Source: Heteronotia binoei
Lineage: Eukaryota
NCBI RefSeq assembly: GCF_032191835.1
Contig: NC_083223.1
Coordinates: 806,001 to 869,601, forward strand
Direction: 5' to 3'
DNA: 63,601 nucleotides
Part shown: in pieces, positions 39,563 to 51,724 of the stretch
How positions within the stretch are numbered: the first letter of the stretch is position 1
Layout: every line of letters starts with the position of its first letter
The notes under the pieces: generated by a model
The model's database searches: none
The model's input: the letters and a program-made list of their open reading frames with translations, nothing else
What the model was told of the DNA's origin: nothing
Position numbers and translations under genes: made by a program

Positions 39563-40756
39563 GCGTATGTAATGAGGCTGCCCCGTGATATTCTGGGAGG
39601 TCGACGTGAGCCGTTGGTTAAAACACGTTAACACAATTCAAAATATGGCAACAACATAGCAGTTCAGCTTCACTTGTGGGATGGCAAATCCCAAATTTCA
39701 CAAATGCAGAATCCTGCAAATGGGAAAACAGCTGGGGGGGGGCACACTGGGACAGGGAAACAATGAGCCAGACCAAAGCCAAAAAACCCCAAAGTATTTT
39801 AATAAAATATTCAGACCTCACGTTTCCTCTTAGTTCAAGACAGTTTACAGATAATAGTTAGAATACTACACATTAAAACCAACTGAAATGCCCCAGTCTA
39901 GCCCCCTTCAGAAACCCTGGGAAAGAAGCAAGCTCTGCAGCTCCCCCTAGTGGTCCCTCAGCTTTTCAAGGAGCCTGTTCTACGTTGTTGGAAGACGCCA
40001 TGTTGGAGAAGGCTCAGGCTGTGGCTGACATCAGAGGAAAATGGGTTTTCCTCCTTTCTGAATGGGGGGAATGCACACGTTCAGCCATCTTTGGTGGAAC
40101 ATACAGCAGTTTCTTCTTCTTTTTTTATGGACGACTCCCGTGTTCTTAGCAGGCTCAATTTCTGGTTGGAGTCCTCAGCAGTGATTTGTGCTGCCTTTCC
40201 CTTTTCCCAGTCAGGGGAGGTGGGGAGGCTTTCAGAAGGGGGGCCAGAGGGCCAATTGGTTGGGTGGGCAGAGAAACCCCAGGAATGGAGCCCCTCTAAG
40301 CACCCATGTGGGTCAGCACGAGCATTTCAAAAGAGTCTGCACTGTGTCGCATCTCCATATTTTCCACTTTTGATTTCCCACCATTCCTTTCTGAGTTGAG
40401 GTGTGTAACGACAATTAGTTTTTATGTGATAAAGCATGTTAGGATGAAAAAAAGCCACCTGCTTTCCAGAGAGAAACACAGTCCCTAGCACTTGCCTCAA
40501 ATGTGAATTATTCCCTTGTGCTTCAAAGATGTTCTGCTTTAGACCTTCGTGGGGTGTATTTGCAGAGAGCGAAAGTGGTCCGTGAGTATTTTGTCCAGCC
40601 CAGAAGCACACACAAGTGTGTTCGTGCAATCCCAGTGTGACAAGAGTCACGTCAGGGAATCCAGCTGCGCCGCTACCGCTGAAAGAGGGTTCTAGATTTC
40701 CATTCTCACTTCCTGTATTACGTCCCACTGATCCCACAATGGCCTTGGCTTTGCAG

Positions 40757-40825
40757 GCGAAAGAGATGCAACAGATGGTGAAGCTCGAAGCAGAGATGGA
40801 CCGCAGACCAGCCACGGTGGTGTGA
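40757..40825 (+). CDS. PLCB4: PLCB4 last coding exon, cassette-skipped frame: AKEMQQMVKLEAEMDRRPATVV*
   Basis: Acceptor ttgcag at 40756; TGA at 40823-40825; ends in a class I PDZ-ligand-type motif (T-V-V). Confidence 0.96.
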   Translation, partial: AKEMQQMVKLEAEMDRRPATVV

Positions 40826-40845
40826 AGCTCCAACATGCAACCTGA
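40757..40845 (+). CDS. PLCB4: PLCB4 last coding exon, cassette-included frame: (G)[28 protein letters not shown]
   Basis: Alternative frame is open to TGA at 40843-40845 and resembles the remembered mammalian [19 protein letters not shown] tail. Confidence 0.88.
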
Positions 40846-41136
40846 AGCCTGGGAATCCAACCCTTCTGTGTTTCCAAAGCAAACTCACTGAGGATTGTAA
40901 GACGCTCTCTCTCCGTCTCTCTCTGTCCGTAGTGTCAAGTGTAACAGCCAATCACTGACTCAGGGCTCCGAGATCTCTCCTGCAAATGGACCTTCAAGTT
41001 ATTCTTGCCACAGTAAACCCTGTTTCTCCTACAAGGAGCCTGATTGGAAAACCCCGTCCAGCTCCCCTTTCAACGAGAGGGTGGTTTGCATTGGGATCCT
41101 TGGTGCAGAACAGGCCAACAGAGTAACACTTCCTTA

Positions 41137-41420
41137 GAGAGCCAGTTTGGTTTAGTGGTTAAGTGTGTGGACTCTTATCTGGGATAACTGGGTTTGTTTC
41201 CCCACTTCTCCACTTGCAGCTGCTGGAATGGCCTTGGGCTGGCCATAGCTCTCGCAGAGTTGTCTTTGAAAGGGCAGCTTCCGTGAGAGCTCTCTCAGCC
41301 CCACCCACCTCACAGGGTGTCTGTTGTGGGGGGAGAAGATATAGGAGATTGTGAGCCGCTCTGAGTCTCTGATTCAGAGAGAAGGGCAGGGTATAAATCT
41401 GCAGTCGTCGTCTTCTTCTT
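41137..41420 (+). mobile_element. CORE-type SINE inside the inferred PLCB4 3' UTR
   Basis: Full-length copy between the stop codon and the first AATAAA. Confidence 0.87.
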
Positions 41421-42477
41421 TCTGTTGTCAACTTATTTGCACTTGTATGTTCTTAACTTGTGGTGGCATTCCAATTTTTATTATTATTATTATTATTATT
41501 ATTTGTCTGGGCTTCCTTGTCTTTTGAGAGCCGAGTGTGGGTGTCTTTTAACTCCCCAGAGCCACTCAGCCCTGGGTCAGGAGAGCCTTTTAAGGAAGAA
41601 CATGACCTTTTCCATTTCTTTTTTTTAAAAAAGGTAGCTTATAATGGATTTGACACCATATACATCTTCATCGAGGGAAATTCTGTTATTGTAATTTTTT
41701 GTTGTTGTTCAAGACAGCGTGGAACTGTAGCAAATTTGTATTAACTTTACATAAACACCACTTATAAAAAACAGTGGAGCAGAGAACCATGCAGAATTAA
41801 AAAAAAACCCCTCTGTGGGTTATTTTGTTTTTCTGAATTAGGTCATCAGAAAGGGCCAATATAAGGTTGGTGTTGGCCTGTATGAATTTGACAGTCTGTG
41901 AAATGCTGCTGAAATTCTTGTCACGGGTGTGGAAAAGACTGACTCCTAGAGTCTGCGGCCCCATGCGTGTCTACTTGGCAGTAAATCCCATTGAATCCAG
42001 TGAGTCTTACTTCCAAGTAAATCTACTTAGGGCTGGGCCAACAGTATGCTAACACATAAAGGTGTTGTCTTGTAGGCACTTTTAACAGTCGCTTTGTAAC
42101 TGCGGTGTTTTTGATCCACTGGACACCAATCCGAGATACTGCAGTTCATTGTATCTTAAAATTTGTTTAATATCTGTGGGGGGGGGGCGGAGTTTGTAAC
42201 TGTGAAAATGTAAAGTATTTATACACATGCAATCACAATATTGTAGAAATTCACATTCCTGTGGCTACATCAACAACCGTAGTAAACAAAACCCTGTTTG
42301 CATGTGGTTAAACACCCAATTTTGACTTCAGTACCTACTGTATGACACACACTCAATCTCTTAATGCTAAGTATGGAGTCAGTGTATGATACAGAATATT
42401 TGAATTATTAACAAAACATAATATATATATATATATGTGTATATGAATTATGTGGGCATTCTTAATACTTCTAGTTG

Positions 42478-42483
42478 AATAAA
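42478..42483 (+). terminator. Proximal AATAAA, candidate PLCB4 poly(A) signal
   Basis: AATAAA in the AU-rich region about 1.65 kb after the stop codon. Confidence 0.5.
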
Positions 42484-42824
42484 AAAAAGAGGAAAGTATG
42501 TTAATTTAATTTTACACTATATATTTATGCAGATTTTCAGACTTTCATATCGGGAATAACCCTTTTTATGTCTGTTAGATATCCAGAAATTTGCTACAGT
42601 ATTAATGTGCATGTTCTAAAAGCCAGCTGTAGTTCCTATGCAGACCACGACGCATGCCCCCCCTCCTACCTGGGAATTCTCCGTGCGACCCAAGAGAAAG
42701 GAGAGGATGAGGGAAGTGGTAGTTCTAAAGCAAATCAGAGGACTGATTTCAGGAACATGCCATACCGATCATGACATTGTATATGCCTGTACAAACTGAT
42801 TCTGTGTATTCCTATAAATGACCT

Positions 42825-42830
42825 AATAAA
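42825..42830 (+). terminator. Distal AATAAA, candidate PLCB4 poly(A) signal
   Basis: AATAAA preceded by TGTA elements (cctgtacaaa) and followed by tatgtaact; TE-rich DNA resumes shortly after. Confidence 0.6.
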
Positions 42831-43972
42831 GAGAGAATTATGTAACTGGCCTGCGAGAAGAAACTTTCAGGGTCTCTAATGGGAGGGGAGAGGGGGAAAT
42901 GCTGATGGCATACTTGGAAAACATGGAGTGAGTTGTTCTGAAATTTGCAAAACAAAAAAGCAACCTTGTCATTTAGCGGTGATAAAATTCTCACAAGATA
43001 CCAGTAGAGCAGAACATACTCATTTTCCCCCTTTAAAAATTTAGATTAGATTTAGATTTATTGGATTTATATCCCGCCCTCCCCACCAAAGCAGCCTCAA
43101 GGCGGCTCACAGCAATAGAGACATTTTGGGGTAGAAAAAGCCCAGCAGGAACTCATTCGCATGTTAGGCCACACACCACTGATGGCACATTGTTTCACAT
43201 AGGGCTTTGTTGTGGGGAAAGCCCAGTAGGAACTAATTTGCACATTAGGCCACGCCCCCTGATGCCATGCCAGCCAGAACTGCGTTCCTGCTCAAAAAAA
43301 GCCCTGGGTTACAGTAAAATATCAATAGTACGGATCCAGCAATTAAAACAGTTTAAAACAATTTGGTGCTGATATCAGATTAATTTTGATGCTGTCCCGT
43401 GCTCTCGGGTGTGCTGTGTATCGCTATATTGGCAGTTTAGTTAAAGGCCAGAAGACCTTGCGGAATTGGGTGAGGCCCCACAAGGCACTTGGTTCCACCA
43501 GTGGGGGGGCGACAATTCCCCCCCCCCTTCCTCTGATCATGTCTGAGACAAGCAAAAAAAGGAGGGGGGGGGTTGGCCAGAAGTGACGGCAGAACCAAAA
43601 ACACGCAAGAGAAGCCGCAGCCACTCGCAAGAAGCCCACCATCGCGAGAAACATCCTTTTAAATGAGACTTTAAATAAGAATGTGTTGCAAGGGACATTA
43701 AGAAGTCATTGTGGGCTTTTTGTGAGTGGTTGCGGCTTCTCTTGTGCGTCGTCGTTTCTGTCCCTGTGTGTGAAGCCAGAGGGTGGGGCCTGTGGTGCTT
43801 TGCGGAAGAAAAGAGGCTTCCCAGGGCTCTTTTGCTCACAACAGGCTCACCAGGTCGACTCGGTCTTCAAAGCATCGTGCAGACTGAAGCACAAGGAAGC
43901 CAGCGACTGGCAGAAACACACATTTCCCGGTGTTGACTGAGCCTCCTTCATTGACAAGAGCTCAGCGGGTGC

Positions 43973-44454
43973 TAAGGTTGCCAATCCCCAGGTGGGGGCA
44001 GGGGATCCCCCAGTTTGGAGGCCCCCTCCACCATTTCAGGGTCATCAGAAAACGAGGGGGGGGGATTGTCTGCTGGGCACTCCTTTATTCCCTGTGAAAA
44101 CCGATTCCCACGGTATAATAGAGAATTGATCTGCGAGTAGCTGGGGATCTGGGAGGGGTCTGTTTTTCGAGGTAGAGGCACCAAATTTTCAGTATAGCTT
44201 TTGGTGCCTCTCCCCAAAATACCCTCCAAGTTTCAAAAAGATTGGACCAGGGGGTCCAATTCTATGAGCCCCCAAAGAAGGTGCCCCTATCCTTCATTAT
44301 TTCCGATGGAGAGAAGGCATTTAAAAGGTGTGCGGCCCCTTTAAATGTGACGGCCAGAACTCCCTTCGGAGTTCGAATATGGTTGTCACAACCCTGCTCC
44401 TGGCTCCACCCCCAAAGTCCCCAGATATTTCTTGAATTGGACTTGGCAACTCAA
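43973..44454. mobile_element. hAT-type MITE family E
   Basis: Imperfect TIR TAAGGTTGCCA/TGGCAACTCAA; TSD GCGGGTGC/GCGGGAGC. Confidence 0.8.
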
Positions 44455-45371
44455 GCGGGAGCTGGCTTCTTCCCTGGCCACTCTGCCCGTCTCTTTCACG
44501 CCATCCTGGCCAGCTTCAGAGGGCCTCAGGGAATCGCCAGCAGCCCAGAGCAGCCTGCCCTTGGGAAGCCCTGCCTCGTCCCAGGGGGCAGCTGCACGTT
44601 GCAGGTCAAAAGGCCCTCGGCAGGAACGACGGGAGAGTTCAACCAACCGCAGGGGGTGGAGGGCTGCTTTTGGCCACGCTCTGGCTTCGCTTCCAACAAT
44701 AAGAACAAGTAATCAACACTGACAGGCAAATTCACCACCTGAGACGACTGACAGGGCCAACCTAACAGGAGAAGACAGAGCTTTTCCTAACCCTCTCTTC
44801 GCCTTCTGCTCAGGGGTCATCCAGGGTCACCTCCTGCAAGTTCCTGAGCCCCACACCAAACCTGACCCCTTCACCAGCTGCCTTTCTCCAGCAACCACCC
44901 AAATGCAGCCGGCACCCAATGCCTTGTTCCCTCCATCTGCCTCTCTCCTCTGATGGACTTGGATGCGCTCTGGGGGAAGCAGCTGCCTCCAAAACAGCCA
45001 AGGAGGACCACGGTTGCCGAGGGCGACGCCCAGGATGCTCTGGCCAGATGCTCACACAGCGGCGGGGGGAGGGGGGGCATGCTGTGAGAACCCAAAGAGC
45101 TGGAATTCGCTTCTTTCTTTCCTCGGTGATCCTTACTTAGTGTCGACTGTTTTTCCTTGTCGTCCCTCTGCTGTTGAGATAATGACTACATGGAATATCA
45201 GATAAATGTTAGGACACCCCTAGAACACTGAGGTTCAGGAGACAAAGGGTTCTGCTCCAGGGGCACAAGATGCAGTGTCTCCTTACTCTGTGAGTAACTG
45301 GATTGTAGAAGCCGCTGCCAGTGGATGCAATGATGCAGCAGAGGGGTGGCTTGAAGGGGGTACTAGTTGGA

Positions 45372-46425
45372 GAAAGAAGAAGAAGATGATATTGGATTTA
45401 TATCCCGCCCTCCACTCCGAAGAGTCTCAGAGCGGCTCACAATCTCCTTTCCCTTCCTCCCCCACAACAGACACCCTGTGAGGTAGATGAAGATATTGGA
45501 TTTATATCCCACCCTCCACTCCGAAGAGTCTCAGAGTGGCTCACAGTCTCCTTTCCCTTCCTCCCCCACAACAGACACCTTGTAAGGTAGATGAAGATAT
45601 TGGATTTATGTCCCACCCTCCACTCAGAAGAGCCTCAGAGCGGCTCACAGTCTCCTTTACCTTCCTCCCCCACAACAGACACCCTGTGAGGTAGATGAAG
45701 ATATTGGATTTATATCCCGCCCTCCACTCCGAAGAGTCTCAGAGGGGCTCACAATCTCCTTTACCTTCCCCCCCCCACCCACACAACAGACACTCTGTGA
45801 GGTAGATGAAGATATTGGATTCATAAGCCGCCCTCCATTCCGAAGGGTCTCAGAGCGGCTCACAATCTCCTTTCCCTTCCTCCCCCACAACAGACACCCT
45901 GTGAGGTGGGTGGGGCTGAGAGCCCCACTCCGAAGGGTCTCAGAGCTGCTCACAATCTCCTTTCCCTTCCTCCCCCACAGCAGACACGCTGTGAGGTGGG
46001 TGGGGCTGAGAGGGCTCTTAAAGAAGCTGCTCTTTCAAGTGTCCAGAGGATACTCTGTCCTTCACACTTCTTATTCCATCTTGTGTAGTGTCCAAATTCT
46101 ATTCAAATCCAGGCTACAAAGGTGATGTTCCCTTTACATGCCTGTCAACTTGGATCATGTTTCACATTCAGTGCTTTCTTGGAGAGCCAATTTGTTGTAC
46201 AAAGTATAACACCTAGTAATCTGCAAAATATACAAATCCTACAAAATCCTTTCCTTTTGTGAGATATTTTTGTATACCACTTTTTTGAGGTGCTCTTTCA
46301 AGGACAACTCCTGTGAGAGCTCTGGCTGACCCAAGGCCATTCCAGCAGCTGCAAGTGGAGGAGTGGGGAATCAAACCTGGTTCTCCCAGATAAGAGTCTG
46401 CACACTTAACCACTACATCAAACTG
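45372..46425 (-). mobile_element. CORE-type SINE with its tail amplified (about 104 bp x5 plus a partial unit), split by a 251-bp insertion
   Basis: Units at about 45385, 45486, 45590, 45694 and 45805; SINE resumes at 46291. Confidence 0.85.
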
Positions 46426-46599
46426 GGATGTATATGAGTGGCCACTAGCCCCAGCGAACCTTCACATTCAGAGGTAGTCAGTCTCTGAATCCCAGAGCCA
46501 ACATCAGGGGAAGGCCTCAGCCTCTGTGCCCCATAGGGCAACTGGGTGGCCCCTGGGTGAAACGGGAGGCTGTCCATCATGCCTGAGGGCTGGGAAACA

Positions 46600-46975
46600 G
46601 AAAAGGTCCCCTCCCCCAGTTTTTAAAAGGGGGTCCAGAGAAGATCCAGGGAGTTGCAGGCTGGTGACCGTAAGATCTGTTCCAGATATGTTAGTAGGAA
46701 CTCTCTTTAAAGAGAGAATTTTGAAGCACCTCCAGGAACAGAAACCCACCTGCCTTTTGCAAAGGTGAAGTCTTGCCTCACCAGCCTCCTGGAGTTCTTT
46801 GAGCATGCAGAGAAGGGCAGTCTGGCAGACTTGGACTTCTAGAAGGGTTTTGACAAAGCGTCTCAGAAAAGACTCCTGAATAAACTTTGGCAGTCCTGAA
46901 ACAAGAGGACAGCTCCCCTTAGGAATGACAAACTGGCCAAAAGGCAGGCATCAGAGAGCAGGAATAAGTGGGCTG
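46600..46975 (+). pseudogene. Degenerate CR1 reverse transcriptase fragment
   Basis: PVFKRGSREDPGSCRLVT..VP...KERILKHL, then GKSCLT.LLEFFE and DF.KGFDK motifs with stops and frameshifts. Confidence 0.8.
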
Positions 46976-47383
46976 CTCTTTCCGGGGAGGGGCTTGGGTG
47001 GGGGGGGGGGCATCCCCACAAGGATCCGCATCACAGCAAGTACAGTTTAATTTTGTAGGGGGCTCACAAGACCATTAGGGTCCCACAAAAATGTTTTGAT
47101 TTTTTTTAAAATCAGAAGAAGAAAAAACAGTTACAGGGTCAAAGTAAATGTTTTAAATTTTTTCCTCTCACATCAGAAGAAAGCACAGTTAGGACCCAGG
47201 AATATCTATTAAATTTTGCCTAAAACGTAAAAAAATGTGGTTTTTTAAATTTTTTTAAAAGGTTCATGACTGTAATTATACTTTCAGCTGTAATCTACTT
47301 TCAAATAATTTAAAAAGAAATCAGATCAGAGTAATATGGATGGATCGGAAGCATATCGTGTTCAACTATTGGGAGTCTACATT

Positions 47384-47490
47384 TCATAGAATCCTAGAGT
47401 TGGAAGGGACCTCTAGGGTCATCTAGTCCAACCCCCTGCACAATGCAGGAAACTCACAAACCCCTCCCCCTACATTCACAGCATCTTCTT
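47384..47490 (-). mobile_element. CR1 3' tail fragment
   Basis: catagaatcctagagttggaagggacctctagggtcatctagtccaacccc. Confidence 0.85.
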
Positions 47491-47685
47491 CATTTGTGCA
47501 GATGAGGAAAAAATGTTGAGGCATTTAAAGTTATCTCAAAAATCATTTGTAATATTGTTGTGATTACAGTGGGAGCAGCCCATGATGTTTTGTAAGGTTT
47601 CTTAATATTGTAAGCTGCCAAGAGCCCACTCGTGGGATAGGGTGGGGTATAAATAAAAATTAAATTAAATTAGATGAGATTAGTC

Positions 47686-47953
47686 TTGACCAATTCCGCA
47701 GGGCCTGCAAGACCACTCTCTTTAAGATGGCCTTCGCTGAATGCTGAGCTAATGATAGATTTGCTGCTGTTGTATTCCGCCATCAATTTATTAAAAACCT
47801 GTAATTTAGCACCATAACTGTTAATTTTAATTAGAATGTTGATTTAAATGATGGTTTTGTAATGTAGTATTTATTGAATTATATGAATTTATTGTATTAT
47901 ATTGAATTTATATGTTGTGAGCCGCCCTGAGCCTGCTTCGGGATATAAATAAA

Positions 47954-48039
<86 letters not shown>
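47686..48039 (+). mobile_element. LINE 3' end (probably L2-type) with a long (TAT)n tail
   Basis: Matches the reverse complement of 7370-7925. Confidence 0.72.
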
Positions 48040-48040
<1 letters not shown>

Positions 48041-51000
48041 AGTGATTGTGCAGCCCAGCTCATCCAGAGGGGAGAAATATACTGAAATCTGTCAACAAAG
48101 AGCAGTAAGGTTGGATGTACGCACTTTTGTTTCAAAGGAGACCCTCCCCCCAGACATTGGACAATTTTTTAGTATTAATCAAAAGTATTACATTTTGATA
48201 GATTAGTGGTACCTTTAGAATTAACTGGAAATTTATAACTTCGGGGAAGTCAATATTGGAGGGAGGGGGGGGTGAAATATCATATGGTTTAGTATAAGAA
48301 AAGTTAATTAAATATTGTAACCATGTGTTATTAATAAATTGGTAAAACACAAAGGAGACCCTCCCCCCCCACCTCATAAAACCTTTCCTCCTTGAGGATT
48401 GAGGGGGGGGGGCTTTCCTGAGAATGTTGTCCTTCCCACCCTCCGCCCCCTCTGCTCGCCAGAAGAGCAATGGCCTAGAGATGCAAACACTTTCCCTCCT
48501 CTTCGTCTGAAATGTGTTCTGTCAGAAGGTCTCTTTGAGAGATCCAGACCTTGACAGAGGGTCCCCCAGATAGATCCAGACGGGTCGCCCTGTCCGCAGC
48601 CGTGCTGAAGCTGTGAGCCGCAACTCACAGAGACTCCTTCCCTGCCCCCCCCCCCCAGTTGGATCCATCTTGCGCTTTTCTGCCGCCCCCAGCCCGAATC
48701 GTTCCTTTCTGCAGCTGCTCGGGGAGAAAGTCACCGCTGGGAATCCGTGGGATCCCTCTGAAGATCCAGTGGAAGCTTTCAACAAATGCAATCAAAACGA
48801 AGAGATGTTGTAGCAAGAACAGTGATGAGCAGATCCCTCGTTCAAGTGAACCGAAACCGAAACCATGCATTCCCCCCAAATTGCATCTCCGCTTGATGCA
48901 GGTGAGGGAGAGCTCCAAAATGCGCGGAGGTGATCCTCTCTGTTTGATTCCCACCTGCCCCGCGAGAAGTCAAAGGGACCTGCGTCTCACTGCGTCAGCC
49001 CAAGGCCGCCGGAGAGATTCGACTGGAACCTGGGATTCGACAGTGGCCCCCTTCCTCCCCCCCACCCTTGTCTCTTGAAATCCTCACCGCATCCTTCACA
49101 CCGAGCCTGGCCTCTTGCCATTCCCTCAGACTAGTTTCCCATCCCAGATCTCTCTGACCCCAAACCCTAGCCACAAAAGAGCACAAAACCTGAGACTGAA
49201 ATGAATGTTCTTTGCCTTTAAGGTGCCACTCCTTTGACCCCCCCCTCCAATTTAGCACACTGCAGTCATTAGGGGGGGGGGATTTTGCTTGCAAAACACG
49301 CCTTTCATACTTTTCCGTGGGATCTTTTGTTTTGCATTCAAACGGCTTTTGGTTCACCTATCAGGTGAGAAGTTCCGTGTGTTTGGAGAGGCATACTCGC
49401 GGGGGGAAGCAAAACAGGCCTGCGTTTGGAAACGTGGGCTGCTTTCCCCGGTCGTCGGAAAGGTGCCTTTCGAGGCGGTTTCAGCGGGCCAGTTTTTCCT
49501 TTCAAATTTATATTTTCTTGACCGTGATTTAAACAAACAAAACAGGCGTTCGGTCAAGATCTCCGCGCTGCGCAGTCATTCAGGATTCATTTGCCTCCTT
49601 TGTTAGTTACTGTGGCGGCTAATTATAATCCAATGTATTTTGGGGGGCAGGAATCAATGAGTTGGAGGCTGCCCGCGCGCTTCTCTGCAGCCGCGGACTG
49701 CGGCACTTCCCCGTTGGCTTCTGGTGCAGAAAGAGGTCCGGGGCAGACGTTTCCTCTCCGGGGCCACCCGTTTGTTCGGCCCTCGCGCAAAGATTTTTAG
49801 TTCCACGACTGGGGGGGTCTGTGGGGGCTGGCAGTGCTGCGCAGAGGGATCCCCGAACGTCCCCCCCTTTTTTCAAAAGAGCGGCCGCCTCTGTATCAAC
49901 GCCGCCCCAATTCCAACCCGGGTTCCCCATCCGGATTTCACGGCCACGGAGTACAGTTTTTCCAACCAAGCTTTGAGGGCATCGTGTGGGCGAGAGGCTG
50001 CCATTGACAGAGACGACATTTTGCAGTGATCGACTTGGCGACGGTCACTGTTTTGCTCAAATCTACAGTGTCCCCCCCCCCCCTGCACCAAAACAGCGCG
50101 TCTGGCGCCGGAATGGCTGGGGGGTGGCTCGCTTGTGGACTGCGGGGTCCTCTCTCACGTCGCTCCGCAAGGCAGGGCCGCATGGGAAGCCAGAGCAATG
50201 CAGAGGGGTCGAGCGAAGACCCCCTTCGCCCTAAGCGAGCTGTAGGAATGCGGGTCCCCTTCGCGTTCTTGTCTGGCGGCCAGGGGGGCACCGAAGCGCG
50301 CAGCTTCTCTCCCCGCAGGATGTGGCTGAAGACCGGGGGAGGCGGGCGACATCCTCTTGGTGGGCCCAGCAGCTCCGCAGCAGCCGCCTTTCCCCAGCCG
50401 CTCGTTTGCCTGGCCTCCCAGTGCCTCCGGCCCGGGCCTTTGTCTCCAGGTTCCTGTGAGCCATCTGGGGGGGTGGGGGTGGGGGGGGGTGCTTCATTCC
50501 CTTCATTTGAAACTCCTTTTCTGCCCAGGCTACTTTCCTCGCGGAGGCTCGAGTCAAAGGATGCCAAAGGGCGCGCGGCGGGCGGCGGGCCCACGAAATG
50601 GCACCCTCTCCCCACGCCAAGGACCCGAGAAGCCAGCGCCGGTCCTGGCGGGCCTGCAGGTCGCGGGAAAGCGCGGCCTTTGTTTCACGGGGGCTCCCCC
50701 CAAATCCGGAATGCGGCTTCTCACACCCAAGCCTCAAATCCACGCCATTGACTGCGGACCCGGCCTCGTTTCCTCCTTGCAACCCAGCGCCTGAAAGACC
50801 GCAAGCGCGATTCTAGGCCGCAGAGAAGTGGAGATGCTCAGAACAGCTGGGAAGGGGTGTGTGTGTGTGTGTGCGTGTTGTGCGTGGGTGTGGATTCAAG
50901 TGTGTGCACTTAAGGGGGGGGGGTATCTACTGCGGGGGGAAGGGGGCTCAGACCCCTATTTGTTCCCGCCACCCGCGGGCTTCCCCCGGTTCCGCGCATC

Positions 51001-51724
51001 TTCGTCACGTGCCTTCGGGAATGGGTAGCAGAAGCTTGCTGTCCAGCCCCAAGAGCCAGGGGACGAGACGGGGGGGGGGTCAGGAGGGACACTGCAATGC
51101 TGCCCCCCCTGCCCCCGCCGCCGGCAGCCCAGCCTTTGCGAAGGGCGCGCCTTGGAGGAGCGCAGAGGGCCGCTTTCAGCCCCCCGCAGCCAGGAGCGGA
51201 TTGGGAAGGCTTTGGGGGGGGGGGGCGGGGGGGGTGGAGAAGCAGGAGCCCGGGGAAGAGCAGCCCTTCGCCTTCCTCCTCCTCCTCTTCCTCCTCCCGC
51301 CGAGAGGCGAGGCGAGGCGGGCTGCTGGATGGCGCGGAGGGGGCGGGCGGAGGTCGGAGGGGGAGGACGGCGCGGGAGCCGCCTCCGCCGGGCAGCTGCA
51401 GTCCCCCCTGGGCGAGCGGCGGTGCGGAGCTCCGACGGCTGCAGAGGCTGGACAGCTCCTGAGCGGCCCGGCTGGCTCCAGCGGCGTCAGTTCAGCGCCG
51501 GGACTCGGCGGACAGCTCCCTCCCCCGCCCCGCCCCGCCCCGCCCGGCTGCAGCGGGAGGGCAGAGCCGCGCGGGGACTTGGGGATCGGGCGCAGCGGCG
51601 GCGGCAGCGGCAGCAGCGCTCTGAGCGGCGCCGAGGGCAGCAAGACGGACGCGCGGCGGGGAGCAGCCTCCTCTCGGGGAACCTACTCGGCGGCGGCGGC
51701 GGAGGAGAAGGAGGCGAAGGAGGC

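Noticed and set aside
42060-42345. Individual miRNA seed matches in the PLCB4 3' UTR (GCACTTT, TACTGTA)
   Set aside because: 7-mers are expected by chance in 2 kb, and conservation cannot be assessed here.
48602-49000. Identical peptide LRLTASA encoded on opposite strands (48602-48624 and 48979-49000)
   Set aside because: Only about 16 of 20 nt match, with no flanking similarity; compatible with chance.
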